DNA of 62,502 bases, the filler included, from Dugesia japonica (lineage: Eukaryota): assembly GCA_001938525.1 (NCBI GenBank). It is 6 parts of 6 records of this genome, joined end to end, with 100 filler letters (N's around TTAATTAATTAA, not from the genome) between each part and the next. Parts side by side here need not be neighbours in the genome. Positions count along the whole stretch, not along the records: positions 39,472 to 53,537 come from MQRL01600175.1; positions 53,638 to 62,502 come from MQRL01618442.1; 4 more parts are not named here. The stretch is one strand, 5' to 3'. This document shows, one piece after another, positions 49,983-62,502 of this stretch. Each line of letters opens with the position of its first letter. Position 1 is the stretch's first letter. The notes below the pieces were generated by a model. The model had not been told where the DNA came from. It did no database searches and saw only the letters and a list, made by a program, of their open reading frames with translations. A program made the position numbers and the translations under genes.

Positions 49983-52900
49983 TATAAAACTACAATTTTA
50001 TATGATCGAAGCTTTTGTTTTAATGAAACCTATAAATTATTTCGAAATTATTTTGTTTGTGTAGTTTGTTATTTTTCTAAGGCACCTCTATAAGGTTTTT
50101 GATGTAAATATATAAATAAGCATTTATTAGATGGAATGATTTATTTAAATGAATAACCCTGTTATTCAGATTTATATTTAAATCATTTTAATATGTTTAA
50201 TTAAAGGAAATCTAAAAGAGACGAGAGCAGAGTTTTTGAACTTTCATTTTCTAAAGATTTTATCTTGTAATAAACTATGACTTTTTAAATCGGCTTTTGG
50301 CATACTTTTTTAATTTAACAAGGGTGGCTTATTATCTTAGAAAAAGATTAATTGAAGAAATTTCAATAAATTGAAATGTTTTAATTTATTTTAATAAAAT
50401 ATCCTTTAATGACAATATTCTTTGTAAATTAATAAATTAAATAGATCATCAGATACCATTGAATAAATCTTATATAAATAACTGGTAAAAGTCTTGTTGA
50501 AAAATATAAGGTCTTCCATTTTGCACTATACAAGGCTTAATAAAATTTTGCAGGACCTCAATATAGGCAGCAAAGTTTACTTTAAGGCCTTGGAAAAAGA
50601 AGTGAGGAGGCACTATATGTCTTTCATTGCTGATTACCTGTAAACCATGAAAGTTTCAGTAAATTTGATTTGCATTACTCTCGGAACTTCTCTAGAGTTT
50701 CTCGACAACCAATGATTATTTCGCCAGTTTACCTTTCTAATATTGGTCTAAGGTTTTTCATACGAGAAAAAACAAATTGTAATTTTTTCTGTTTGTTTTT
50801 TGAATTTGTTTAAGAACCTTTTGTATTTGGTTAACCGGCAAAATTAAAACATTTGTAATTGATCAAGAAAAACGTCAAAAAATATCTTTTGTGAAGAAAA
50901 TGTATGGAAAAAAGTAGAAACATTTTGTAAAAAAAGAAGCAAAGAGTAAATAAAAGGAAACAAATGAATATGTTTTAAAAACTTACAAAAGTAGTGGAAA
51001 AAAGTTGAGAATGATGAATTGACAATATATATTATTATAAACAAATAAATCGTATGTATTATTTTAATAAATAAATATGAAATTATAAAGATGTATTCCA
51101 TTTTATACTGCATTGATTAAATCATCAAAACCTTTTATAATGAGAAATTTCCAATGATTCATACCATATGAAATAGATGATTTACTTGAAATTATTATAA
51201 ATATTTTTGTGGTAATGTAAACCTAAGTTCGGCCAAAAAGAAAACATTGAAAAAGCACTTTAACTGTGAAGTCTCACGATAAATATATAAAGAATACAGA
51301 AACAGATATAACATTCAAGGAAAATAAGATAATCGTTAGTAGCGATATTAAATTCTAAAGTTAATTTATCATTTGATACTTTGATATGGTAGAGTTGAAG
51401 TAAAAAAAACGGATAACAGTATAAAGTTTGATGATAATATCAAGTCAGCCTAAAACAAATACCAACAAATATCTTATGTATGACAACACTCGATTACATA
51501 TTGCTCACGATACTATTGAATCTAAAACTTCTTTGTCAACCTCCCTAATCACCAGATATAAATATTTAAGACAACTATCTTTAAAAATACTGGAGGTTGT
51601 ACAGATTTTAAACATGTTGATGAAATAAGAACATTTCTAAATAGTAAGCCATCAAAATTTANAAATATTTGTATAAATTGAATACATCTCTTGAAATAAT
51701 TAAGAAAGTTATTGAAGATGGTTGCTGCTATATATAAAAAAACATTTTCTAGCGATTATATATTTTTTATACTGCAGATTTAAAGTTATGTTTATCTTTT
51801 GAATTAATTAAACAAATACATTTAATTTAAACTATTTAAAAACGTAAAAACGATAACGTTTTTCTAAATAACTTATAATTAGAAATGACAGAAAATAAAC
51901 ATGTTTTTTCTTTTATTTTCAAATTATTAACTGATTCTGTATTATATTGTTATTATATTACAGCTAGTGTATGGAATTCTTTGTAGGAATTTTAACAAAT
52001 AATCTTTTCATTAGTTCATTTGGATTTTAGTTTTAAATTCTTCTCAACATTTATCGCAAAAAATCTCTGTCTCAAATTTGGTATTTTATATATTAAACAA
52101 TTTAGTCATTATAATTTATTTTAAAATGACGCGATTAATTGGGGGAGGCTTTTGAATCCTTTTTATAATATTCCTTTTTTACATTACTTATATAAATAAT
52201 ATAATAATAAGTAAACAATTTAAAACAAAATTTTATTGAATTTCAAAATATTAATTATATTCAAACATTTTTTTAACAAACTAAATTAACGAATTTGTTC
52301 ATGCTGATCAACATTTTATTGATAATCTAGAATTAAATTTTAAATTACTTTTGAATACACAATATTTACGTCATCCGTTTCTTGGAAAAAACCCTTTCTT
52401 AATATTTCTATTTCTTGTAAAACCTCAGAAGATTGAATAATCTTTATAATCGATATCATAGAATAATAAAATAAATCCAATTTACCTTGGTTTCAATAAA
52501 TTGAAAATTATTATCTTTAGAAAAAATATATTTGATTACTGATCCAACAAATGACGACTAAAATTATTTTATGAAATTTTTTCTAAAATTCTCATTATAA
52601 AATAATTATTAAAAAATAGTGATTAATTCTACAATAATAAACTAGTTGTTTTCATAAAATGTATGAGTATAATAATTTATACATTAGATTTCAAGAAACT
52701 AATTTAATCAAATAATTACTTGTTGCACTTTCGAAATTCTCTGTTCAATCTTGTAATATTTCTAAAGGATTACAATAAATCTGCAAATTGAAATTTCGTT
52801 TACATCATCTTGGATTTTTTCAAACAATTCTATCAGTCTAGATTCGTAACTTTTATGGAAACTTTCAAAATCGACCATAGGAAAATAGTTTGTGAAAAAA

Positions 52901-54790
52901 TCTTCGCATTTTTCATTTGAAAATTTGCCAAACATAACAAAGAAGAATTCTAAATTTATTAAATAAATTTGAAAATTTTTATTAAAACTTACTAATGTTC
53001 ATCATTGTTCCTCTCATTTTAATTGTTTTGTTCGTTATTGTTGATATAAAATCCGAGTTAAAATTATTTTCATTGAAAAGATTAGTGATTTCATATTTTT
53101 TAATTACTTTGTTTAACAAATCAAAGAGATCTACCATGTCTTGCTTCATTTCATTATTCAAATTTACTTTAAATTTCCTATTAAATAAAGGAATGTAATA
53201 ATTTTTTAATGCATATTTATATTTATATCCGATTGACTGTCTTATAAGTTCAACAACCTGTTGGACCCTTTGATTACAGAATTAAAAGTATTTTACTAAA
53301 ACGATTTTTACATATTAAATAAAAAAACTTAACAAATAAGTATAAACCTCTAAACAAGCGTTTCCAATCTATAATCTGTACAAACAATATATCAGCAGTA
53401 TAAGCAACACATATTGCTGTATGGATCTTAAGAGAAACCTATATGTATTTAAGAAATTGTTTTAAAATATGTAGTTAGTGAGTTTAACCATTTGTCCTGA
53501 AAGAGTAGATTAAAGGTCAATATAAAATAAATGTCCANNNNNNNNNNNNNNNNNNNNNNNNNNNNNNNNNNNNNNNNNNNNTTAATTAATTAANNNNNNN
53601 NNNNNNNNNNNNNNNNNNNNNNNNNNNNNNNNNNNNNTTTTTTTTATTCGTGTTTTTAAATTCTGATATTTTACTTTCGATTGCGTAACTTTAGTTATTC
53701 TTTGTTTTTTGTTACTTTTTTCCTCCTAAAGCCTGTTACCGTCCCATATAAATAGTTTTAATAAAGGCTACTCTGGTTATATATTCACTTTTACCTTATG
53801 TCATCTTTAAACTTGTCGATGTTGTTTTCTTATATTTAATCTGTTAGGATTATTATTTTCAAGTATATTAAATTGTTATCTGTATGGTGTGTAAAAAAAT
53901 ATGAATTGTATAGCCAAATCCTTTGAGATTTCAGCTTTGATTTTCTTAAGAAATTGAAAATAAATTGAAATAAAATATGTTTTAGTTTAAATGAATAGAA
54001 GAAACACCCTATTTTAATAATTTATTATCGAAGTTTAGCTAAAAATCATTTGAAATATATTCCACTTAATGGCGAATTTTATAGTCCGGGTTATCTTATG
54101 ACCTACTTTTATGACCTACTTAATGGATGATATTAGTTAGTTTATAATAAATCTTATCTGTTTTACTTTAGTGATTATTATCACTATAGATTATGTATAT
54201 ATCACTTGCAAAATAACAAACTTCTATTAAAGTTTCATGTGGTCTCATATTTGTGCATGTTAGTCAATATTTTGAGTTTAAATGTTTTCGTTAAATAAGG
54301 ATGTTTTATGACATTCAAAGTGTTCAAAAGTAGGTATTATCAATTATGGTTTTAGTTATTCTTACTAATTAAAATCTTTCATGTCATTCGTAAAAGGGTT
54401 TATTTTTTCATATTTATACTTTTAGAGATATTTATTCTTGTCGTTTAACTCATTTATTTATCTAATTTTTTAATTCATGAATTGTATTACTTCGTAAAAC
54501 TTTTTTTTTACTTTTTCTCTGTGATGATAATTCTAATAGTCTGTTGAAGTTTTAATTACATTAACTATGTTTCGTTGTTTGTTGAGCTTCTATACATATT
54601 TCTTAAGTGCTTNNNNNNNNTTAAGTGCTTTAATACGTTTCAGGTTTTATTACAGATTTTAAGTTTGATGTTTCTTTTTCTACTACTTTCATCATTTTTA
54701 ACGTTGCTTTAAGACCGGTAATGCATTTTAGTTTTTTAAAAGTTTTCGGACATTCACTGCATGTTTCGTTATTAATTTTTATATAAAATA

Positions 54791-54833
<43 letters not shown>

Positions 54834-56158
54834 TTGTTACATTTTATCAAGAATTACCTAATATTATTGATTACAAAATTAGTTAATTGTCTTTCATTTT
54901 GGTAATATTAAAATTTATTATTTTATTATTTCTTATTTTTTATAATAAATATTTCATAAATTATATTATAATTCAAACCTCAATGTTNAGAAAATTTCTA
55001 TTAAATAAATGATAAAAAGTCATCGGAAAATCAAACCGTATATTTATGTTTTATCTATGTTATTCAATAATGATAAACATATACTATTTAATTGTTTGTA
55101 ATCTAATATAACATCTAATATGGATCTTGACATGAAATTTTAGAACCGTGGTTACTCTGAACATTATTTAGAATATTTGATCATTATTTTTATTATTATT
55201 TGTAATAATGTTTTTAATTTATTTTTATGTGTATAAATTAGAAATACGTATTCTGAACTACTAGCAGGTTTGAGTTATTTGTGCTTTAATATAAATTTTT
55301 TTTTGTGCTTTTTTATAAACAAAAATTTAATTTAATTGAATTTATTTTATAAGGCATAAATTTAATTATAAATTCTGTTACATGAAATATTAATATAATT
55401 TGTAAAAGTATTTGTAAAAAGGGTTTTATTCCGGAAAGTTCGTAGAACTCATACGTAAAATAAAAAATAAAATAGTTTTATTAAAACCTAATCGATTTAT
55501 GATCCAAGAGAATCAACAACACTTTGCCAACGATCACATCAAGTAATTAAACCAGCAGTAAAAAAGATTGTTTTTGTATCTTGAAAAAATCACGAACACA
55601 TTCAAATAATTCATCGTCCATGGATTTTCTTTATCTTTTAAATTAAAATTGAATCCATTTTGCAATTGTACTATAAGCAGGGCTGTCTTATCTGAAAACT
55701 GTTTGAAAATCAGCTTAAATTTGCGTTGTACTCAACCAATTGTTTGTGCAAAATTTCAATTTTCAAATTCGTTCATTATTTATAAAGAAATACCTCATAT
55801 GGTATCTTACTTAAATAATTATTATTAAGCAATCAATCAAACATTATTCATACTAATTTCCCAGTAATCGATAATATAGCACTTAAATGAAACTTATTTT
55901 GTCATGACTTCGACAACCTGATATATATTAATTTTTGGTATATTAGTTGTTCAGATTCAAATAAATATATAATTAAAAAGTTTTACCTGTAACTTCATAG
56001 TGTACCGTGTTTAAAATTACAAATTCTATGATAAAATTTTTAGAATAAATTCTTAAAATATTCTTCTATAATTTATTTTAAATATCTGCTTTTTTTAAAA
56101 TAACTTTTAAGTTTGCTTTTATTTAGTTATGTATTGTTATTTTTGTCTTAAAATTTAG

Positions 56159-56425
56159 GTGATGAATTTAAATCAGATTTCATTCCAGTCAATAAATTTA
56201 TTGCAGATCTAGAACAAAGAAAAAATGAAATAAAAATAACGTTAGATAATGATGCCAAATTTATTATGACATTAGCCTATTCAATTGATTGTGATAAAAA
56301 TTACTATGGCCCGAACTGTGAAAATTTCTGTAAGGCCATGGATAAAGAGTCTGGTCATTTTAATTGTACAGAATCTGGCCGAAGAGTTTGTTTGCCTGGC
56401 TGGAAAGGAATATTTTGTTCTGAAG
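56159..56425 (+). CDS. Delta/Serrate-type Notch ligand, exon with DSL domain
   Basis: AG/GT-bounded open exon ending CDKNYYGPNCENFCKAMDKESGHFNCTESGRRVCLPGWKGIFC (six-Cys DSL). The 5' boundary is the most likely AG. Confidence 0.92.
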
Positions 56426-56949
56426 GTTATTTTATATTGCGTTAAAAACCTTTATTATCTGAATAATCTATTTAATTTCAATTGATAATTACCCATATTA
56501 ATTTAAGTGTCAGCCTCTATTGTCTAAGGAATTTACTGTCGACATTAGACCGATTGAAATAATTCAAAAATTTTTTTTGTTGAAATAATTTAAAATTATC
56601 GTAGTAAAGAACTTGATATTTATTGAAAATTATTAAAAATATTCTAGGCTGAATATATATTTTCTCTGTTTGTAATTTGTAATGATTAACCTTTTTCAGT
56701 CCAAATAATTAATACACAGGAAACAGCTGACGCTTCGGTAATATAAATACAGCTAATTATTAGGCTGTAGAATGGCATACATTGAATGGAATATAGTCGA
56801 TGCCATCTAGCGACATAATGAATGCAATAAACAGCAATGGTGACATATGTAGAGCTAATATAAAATTAATTCATTGGATCGAAATGAAACTGGAAAGTGT
56901 TAAAACTATATTCCATAATTTTGAAATATAATCGATGGCAATATAAAAG

Positions 56950-56982
56950 TAGGTGTACAAGTATGATTCTGCCGTTTAGTAA

Positions 56983-57018
<36 letters not shown>

Positions 57019-58040
57019 TTTTTGAAAAAAAGAAATTTTTGAAAGTTGTGTTGTTTATCTGAAGTGCACTTTAAGCACTATCTATTTATATCTTACAATT
57101 TTCAAAAATGTTTACATAACTTTTTATTTTACATTTTCGATGACATCCGTTTGTGGGAAGCATTATTTAACGTTCAATTTGAAGAAAGGTACTATCGATG
57201 CACATAAATTGCTTGTAGAGGCTTATCGCAAACCATGATTTGGCTGAAGGAACTTACCAAGAATGGTTTCAACGATTCATAACTGGAGATTTTTCTGTAA
57301 ACGTCAAGGAGTATAGAATACCACCAAATAAATTTGAAGACAATGAACTTCAAGAGTTATTGAACGAAGACAATGCCAAAACTCTGGAGCAATTTGCTGC
57401 TTCACTGAATGTAACTGAGAAAATTATTTCAAACCACTTACGTGATATAGGAAAAAATCAGAAGGCAGGAAAGTGAGTTATGGATTGACAGAAAGAAATA
57501 AACAGCAGAGAAAAATCACTTGCAAAATTTTGATAAAAAGGAATAAAAGAAAGTTTTTCCTGCATCATATGGTCACTGGAGACGAAAAGTGGATTTATTT
57601 TTTGATAGTCCTAAGGATAAAATATTGTGGGTTGAATCCATAAAAAAGAGTTGTGTGTGNNNNNNNNNTTAAAAGGTATTCTGCACTACGAGCTGCTGAA
57701 AGCAGGAGAAACAGTTACTTGCAATCGTTATGAACATCAAATAATGAAATAAAATAATTAACTAAAAAAATGACTAAAATGGGCTGCCACGTTTAGAAAA
57801 GTGATTTTACTGTATGAAAAAGTCCGGTCTCATATGGAAAAACCTGTTAAAGACAGATTTAAAAAGTTGAAATGAGAAGTCTTACTTTACTAGCTCTACT
57901 CACTAAACATTGCTCCGTCAGATTACCTTTTGTTAGAGTCTATGCACATGGTATGTCAGAGCAGAACTTCACGAATTATGAAGATGTCAAAAATGACCAG
58001 ATAATTGAATTGCCTCGAATTGGTCGATTTTCTAAAATAA
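56950..58040 (+). mobile_element. Mariner (Mos1/mauritiana-like) remnant in intron
   Basis: AGGTGTACAAGTA TIR-like start. Motifs WFQRF, TGDEKWIY, HYELLK, YSLNIAPSDY. No 3' TIR found. Confidence 0.88.
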
Positions 58041-58651
58041 ATGAATCATTTTCATAATGAATCTAGTTTTTCTTCAAATATCTGATTCAGTTTCGCATGA
58101 CAATTTCAGAATCTATATTATTATTTTTCTAAAGTCATCCAAATCATCATCTTATCCATCTACTGAAAATTCATCATTTGTACTGTATTCTTAATTGCGT
58201 CCATTATATCCACACTTCACTCCATTGATAATTATTAAATTGAACAATGTGTAACATAATTAATGTTATTATTTTCATTACTAAAGCTGTTAAAGCACTG
58301 AAAACAAAAGTAAATTTCAATTGCGAATTCGTAGATAAAAATATTTTACAAAACACTGCGGCTTTTTAGTAAAAAGGTTCAGTTTTGACAAATAAAAATC
58401 GCAGTTTTCGGTTCGGTTTTAATCGAATCAGAAACTCAAGTTACTAAATTTCCAATTAATTTTATCATTAAGAAATGAATGTTGATTTTGATATTTTTTT
58501 CATTTCATATTCAATTTACTTCAAAATTCATAGTTTTAATTGCTATTCAATTAATTTATTACTACTTTTAATCAATTTACAATAATAATAATAATAATTA
58601 TTATTTATTGTTATTATTATAAATCTAATCTTATTGTTTTATATTTTTTAG

Positions 58652-58703
58652 CAAATTGTGATAATTGCCTTAATGGTCAGTGCATTGGACCTGGAAATTG
58701 CAG
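58652..58703 (+). CDS. Notch ligand exon, first part of EGF1
   Basis: tttag|...AG|gtaaat. Encodes ANCDNCLNGQCIGPGNC. Phases match both neighbouring exons. Confidence 0.9.
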
Positions 58704-58913
58704 GTAAATTTAATTGTTACATATAATTGTGATTGTATATGAAATGAGAGTTGAATTGTTGATTTTTATCATTAGAAGTTTTAACGTTGAGAATTAATGA
58801 CAGTTTTATGCATGAAAGATTTTTTATATTATTTTGGTGTATGTAAAAAATACTGACGAGTAGCGTTAAAATTGAAATGCAAGTAGTTGATTTTATTTTT
58901 TCATTTAAAACAG

Positions 58914-59083
58914 CTGTTATCGTGGATGGACTGGTAACAATTGTGATATTTGCCAGAAAGCACCTGGATGCATTCACGGTATGTGTCAAATTGAAACTGG
59001 AATTTTCAATTCAATAAAACCACAATTAAAAGCATTTACTTGTTCATGCAATCCGGGATGGGGTGGACAGTATTGTGATATTG
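58914..59083 (+). CDS. Notch ligand exon, end of EGF1 and EGF2
   Basis: SCYRGWTGNNCDICQKAPGCIHGMC...FTCSCNPGWGGQYCDI with cag|...|gt boundaries. Confidence 0.92.
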
Positions 59084-59401
59084 GTTAGATTTTCATTTAG
59101 ATTTTATTTTAGAAAGACTATGTTTTACTAATTATAAAAATTTGAAATCTGGAAAAATGAAAAATTGTAATAATTTTTGGTAAATCAATTATAATACACA
59201 AGTTTACCGACTTGTTTAATAATTAATCGCTTTTTTTTATGATTTCATCATAATATAAATAAATCTCTATTTCAAAATAAAGTTCAAAAAACCACATTCA
59301 ATTTTATTGTATAATTTTGTTTTTTACTATCAATATTTTACTACTACCAATTTTCAAGATTAATCTCATTGAAAATATGCCAAAAATAAAGTAACATAAA
59401 G

Positions 59402-60502
59402 CTATGTATTCCAACCTGGGTTTCGTGAAAGTTTCAAAGGTTCCGCGAAATAATTTGAAAGCAGTTAGAAAAAGCTACCGGTTTTTACAATTTTAAATAA
59501 AACTTCGCACGAAAAATAATAAACCGTTTTTGAATAAAAAACAGCGAAAAAATTAAAAACTTGCTCTTCGTAATCATCAATCCATTCAGAATCAGATTAA
59601 AATTTTTTTAGCTCGTATCAATAAATAGTAATTATTAAATTTAAACGAATTTTTTGCAGTCATCTCTTTATGGCGAGTCTATTCATCTTTTTGTAATATT
59701 ACCCAAAAATTATTAAAGTTAATAATTAAAACAACAAAAATTAGATGGACAAATTCGTGACAAAAACAGACTCAATAAATGACAATAAAGCTCCTCCAGA
59801 AGTTGCGGCGATTGAAAAGAAAATATTTAAACTAATAAATAGAAAAATTTGAGTTTATTACATCTTTAAAAGATAATTCTCTTACTCTGTGCTTGAAGTG
59901 TTCAACAACTCTTACAAATTCTTGCATGAATCCTACAAATTGAAACCGCATTTTGAAGCAAATTATTCTGCAGTAAAGGATTATCATCAAATTTGCAAAA
60001 TCAACACAAAAAAATCAAAAGTTTTTTTTTTGACAATACCACATCGAGCTAGTTTACATTTACTAGTTTCAAATTTCTTCAGTTTCTAGCTAAGAAAACA
60101 ATAACATGTATCAGCAGAAGTTAATTAATTAATTGTAGCTGAATGTTTCTTGACAACTGAGACCCTTGAAAAGTTCCAAAATATACCGTTATCTAACCAA
60201 ACAGTGTCAAGACGAATTCAAAACATGGCTGTTATTACATGGCTGTAAATTATTAAAAACATCGAGTTTCAGTTAAAAGACAACTTTAATAATATTACAA
60301 ATTCTCGAAAATCACTTGATTTGGGATCAAAAGCAGACACAACTCTTGCATTAGTATTCTATTAAATCATAATTTTGTTGTTTTCAATTTTGAAGTTTAA
60401 ATATTTTACTTAAATATAAGAAACTAAAAGATTTTAGCCGTATCCTGCAGGGAAAAATTCCTTACTGGGGTAACATTGAATAAAAAAGGTTGGAATACAC
60501 TG
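59402..60502 (+). mobile_element. Buster-type hAT deletion derivative
   Basis: TIR (C..)TGTATTCCAACCT / AGGTTGGAATACACTG, exact 8-bp TSD ACATAAAG, and fragment IPLSNQTVSRRIQNMA. Confidence 0.9.
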
Positions 60503-61209
60503 ACATAAAGAGATGCAGATTAATAAAATGATTAATCAAATAATATTTATTATCATACTCGATAAGTAATGAGTGACTTTTAGAGCTAAAGCAGATATAG
60601 TTTGATTCAAAAAGAAAATAATTGGAGCTGACAACAAGGAGATTTTTATACTTTATACTCCTTTACGAAACAAAAGTCCTATTATTCTGTCTTTTTGAAA
60701 CTAATTTCAATTAAAATCTCACTTTAATCTTCACATAAATTATTTACATAAATGTTCTACTCTGATGTTTATTCATTATCGTTAATTATCACTATACATG
60801 TTTATGGATGAAATCTGCTGTTACAATTAAGATTGCAAACGAAAACAAAATGTTAATAAATAAGAATATTTAAAGAATAGTAATTGTTAACATTAAATTC
60901 ACGTTGAATTTCAGAACAAGACATAGACATAGGAAATTTATTGCTAAAAANATGTACTTAGATTTTTCCTAAAAACAGAAATTTCTTTAAACTGATATCA
61001 ATTTTTGAAAGATTTATTTACGAAACGATTTATAAAATTGTTCTTAAGATGAATAATAATTTAAATGATGAAAACGTTATTAAAAACCCAGATAAATCTA
61101 ATAAAATCGATAAAATTAGTTACTTTTTAAATATTCCTTAAACTTAGGGCTTTAAAGTTTTGGAAGTAAATCTTCCAAATTTTAAAATTGTCTCGGTCTT
61201 TTAAAATTA

Positions 61210-61790
61210 TTAGGTTGTTAAGAAAATAAATGTCCAGTTTTGATTTTCAATTTTAAACTNAAATAACTCAAATATAACTAAACTTTATTAATTAAAATGG
61301 CAACCATTACAATCAACACATGTATGCCAGCGGGGAACTAGCTTTCTCATTCCAATCGTCTGTAAATTCTATGGTCTGAATTCCATAAAGCCATGAGAAT
61401 TGTCATGGAGAACAATCAAAAATGTTCTGTTAATCCAAGTGGCATGAAGAAATTGCAGCTTGTTATGCATCTCGTCACTTTCTTTACAGTATTTATCTAC
61501 AGTAAAAGTTTCACCCGGAGCCAGAAAGTTAAGACGGTTTAATACCTCTAGAATACCGCTAAATTCTTACCATAACCTTTGTTGACGAATTTCGGGTTTT
61601 AACAATTGTTGAGGAGTCTGGTCATGGGCTAACCACTGTGCGGAAAGCTTGAAGTTATTATAAAACACACATTTTTCATCGCATGTCATTAGCCGATCGG
61701 TGTAAGGGTCGTAGATATTCAGGAGAAAAAGCGACAAACAGACTTAAAAAACCCGACTTTTTTGTTTTCACTTATATGTTGCTGTACACA
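61210..61790 (-). mobile_element. Mariner (cecropia/Hsmar1-like) 3' remnant
   Basis: Minus strand RLMTCDEKCVFYNN..SAQWL, PGETFT..YC, LHDN. TA+TTAGGTTG TIR at 61208-61217. Confidence 0.82.
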
Positions 61791-62502
61791 TTTTTCATTA
61801 CCGTATTTCTTCGAATAAACCTAAAAATAAAAATCATTTTAAAAATAAATTACTTATATTAAATTATTATTATAAATGAAAAATATTTGTTTTAATCGGA
61901 ATATTAATTTAAAGTTTACCGGTTGTTAGTCGTTAGTCGTTTTGATTGATAAATTTATTAATATAATTTTTTTTTCTTAAATATATTTCTTATGATAATA
62001 AAGGAATTGAAATTTCACCAACAAAATAATTTGAAAACTAAATAAATATTCAAAGAAATACAGCAATATCTCTTTAAAAAAAAATTATCATTTGTTTATA
62101 AGTACAAATTTCACTAATNAATTTGTAATGCATTTTAATCCGTTATAATCTAGCGTCCTATTTATACGACAAATTAAAACCGCTTAAATACTTTGTTGTT
62201 TTGATTATTAATAGATATATATTAATTAATAATTAATAAATAAATCAAGCATTAAAATAGGTTATTTGGAAACAAAAAATAATTATGCAATAAAGAATTA
62301 ATTTTACAAATATGAAAATTTACAACGGTGATTCATTAATGTGCCACTAAAATTTGCAAATGTAAACAATATTATTTTTTGCTTTATGCCTAATATGCAA
62401 TTATCTATACACTATTAACAAATTGTAATAACAAGACTTTTTTAAAGTACAATTTTTAAAAATTTTTGATATACAATCAAATTTATACAATATACAATCA
62501 AA

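Noticed and set aside
52250-53530. Possible non-LTR RT remnant on the minus strand (VAYTADIL)
   Set aside because: A single weak motif, too decayed to support by eye.
56285-58989. ORF-track proteins 56285-56485 and 58717-58989
   Set aside because: Wrong frame or strand of the Notch-ligand exons.
1-62502. tRNA or rRNA genes
   Set aside because: None recognised by inspection.

Overview
Very AT-rich eukaryotic DNA from an invertebrate (flatworm-like by inference). It is a gappy draft: five 100-bp N44-TTAATTAATTAA-N44 linkers split it into six blocks whose adjacency is unproven. Almost everything is decayed mobile DNA. This includes Ty3/Gypsy gag-pol remnants and solo LTRs, a full-length but dead Buster-type hAT plus two hAT derivatives with 8-bp TSDs, a MULE, two mariners, and Penelope-like elements with minimal hammerhead ribozymes. 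It also includes a Polinton/Maverick (adintovirus-like) gene set: packaging ATPase, integrase, minor and major capsid, protease and protein-primed PolB. The only clear host gene is three exons of a Delta/Serrate-type Notch ligand (DSL, EGF1, EGF2) at 56.2-59.1 kb. The most unusual item is a 4.4-kb unit at 14171-18573, bounded by TGTTGGGGT...ACCCCAACA and a 4-bp CATT target duplication. It looks like a giant solo LTR but carries its own promoter and a three-module, apparently spliced, protein cassette with no similarity I can recognise. Diverged copies of the cassette recur at 2.2-4.6 kb and 9.5-10.7 kb. The middle module ends in a conserved D-K/M-x-T-Q-T motif, which matches the dynein light chain LC8 binding consensus. 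All alignments and translations outside the ORF track were done by eye.
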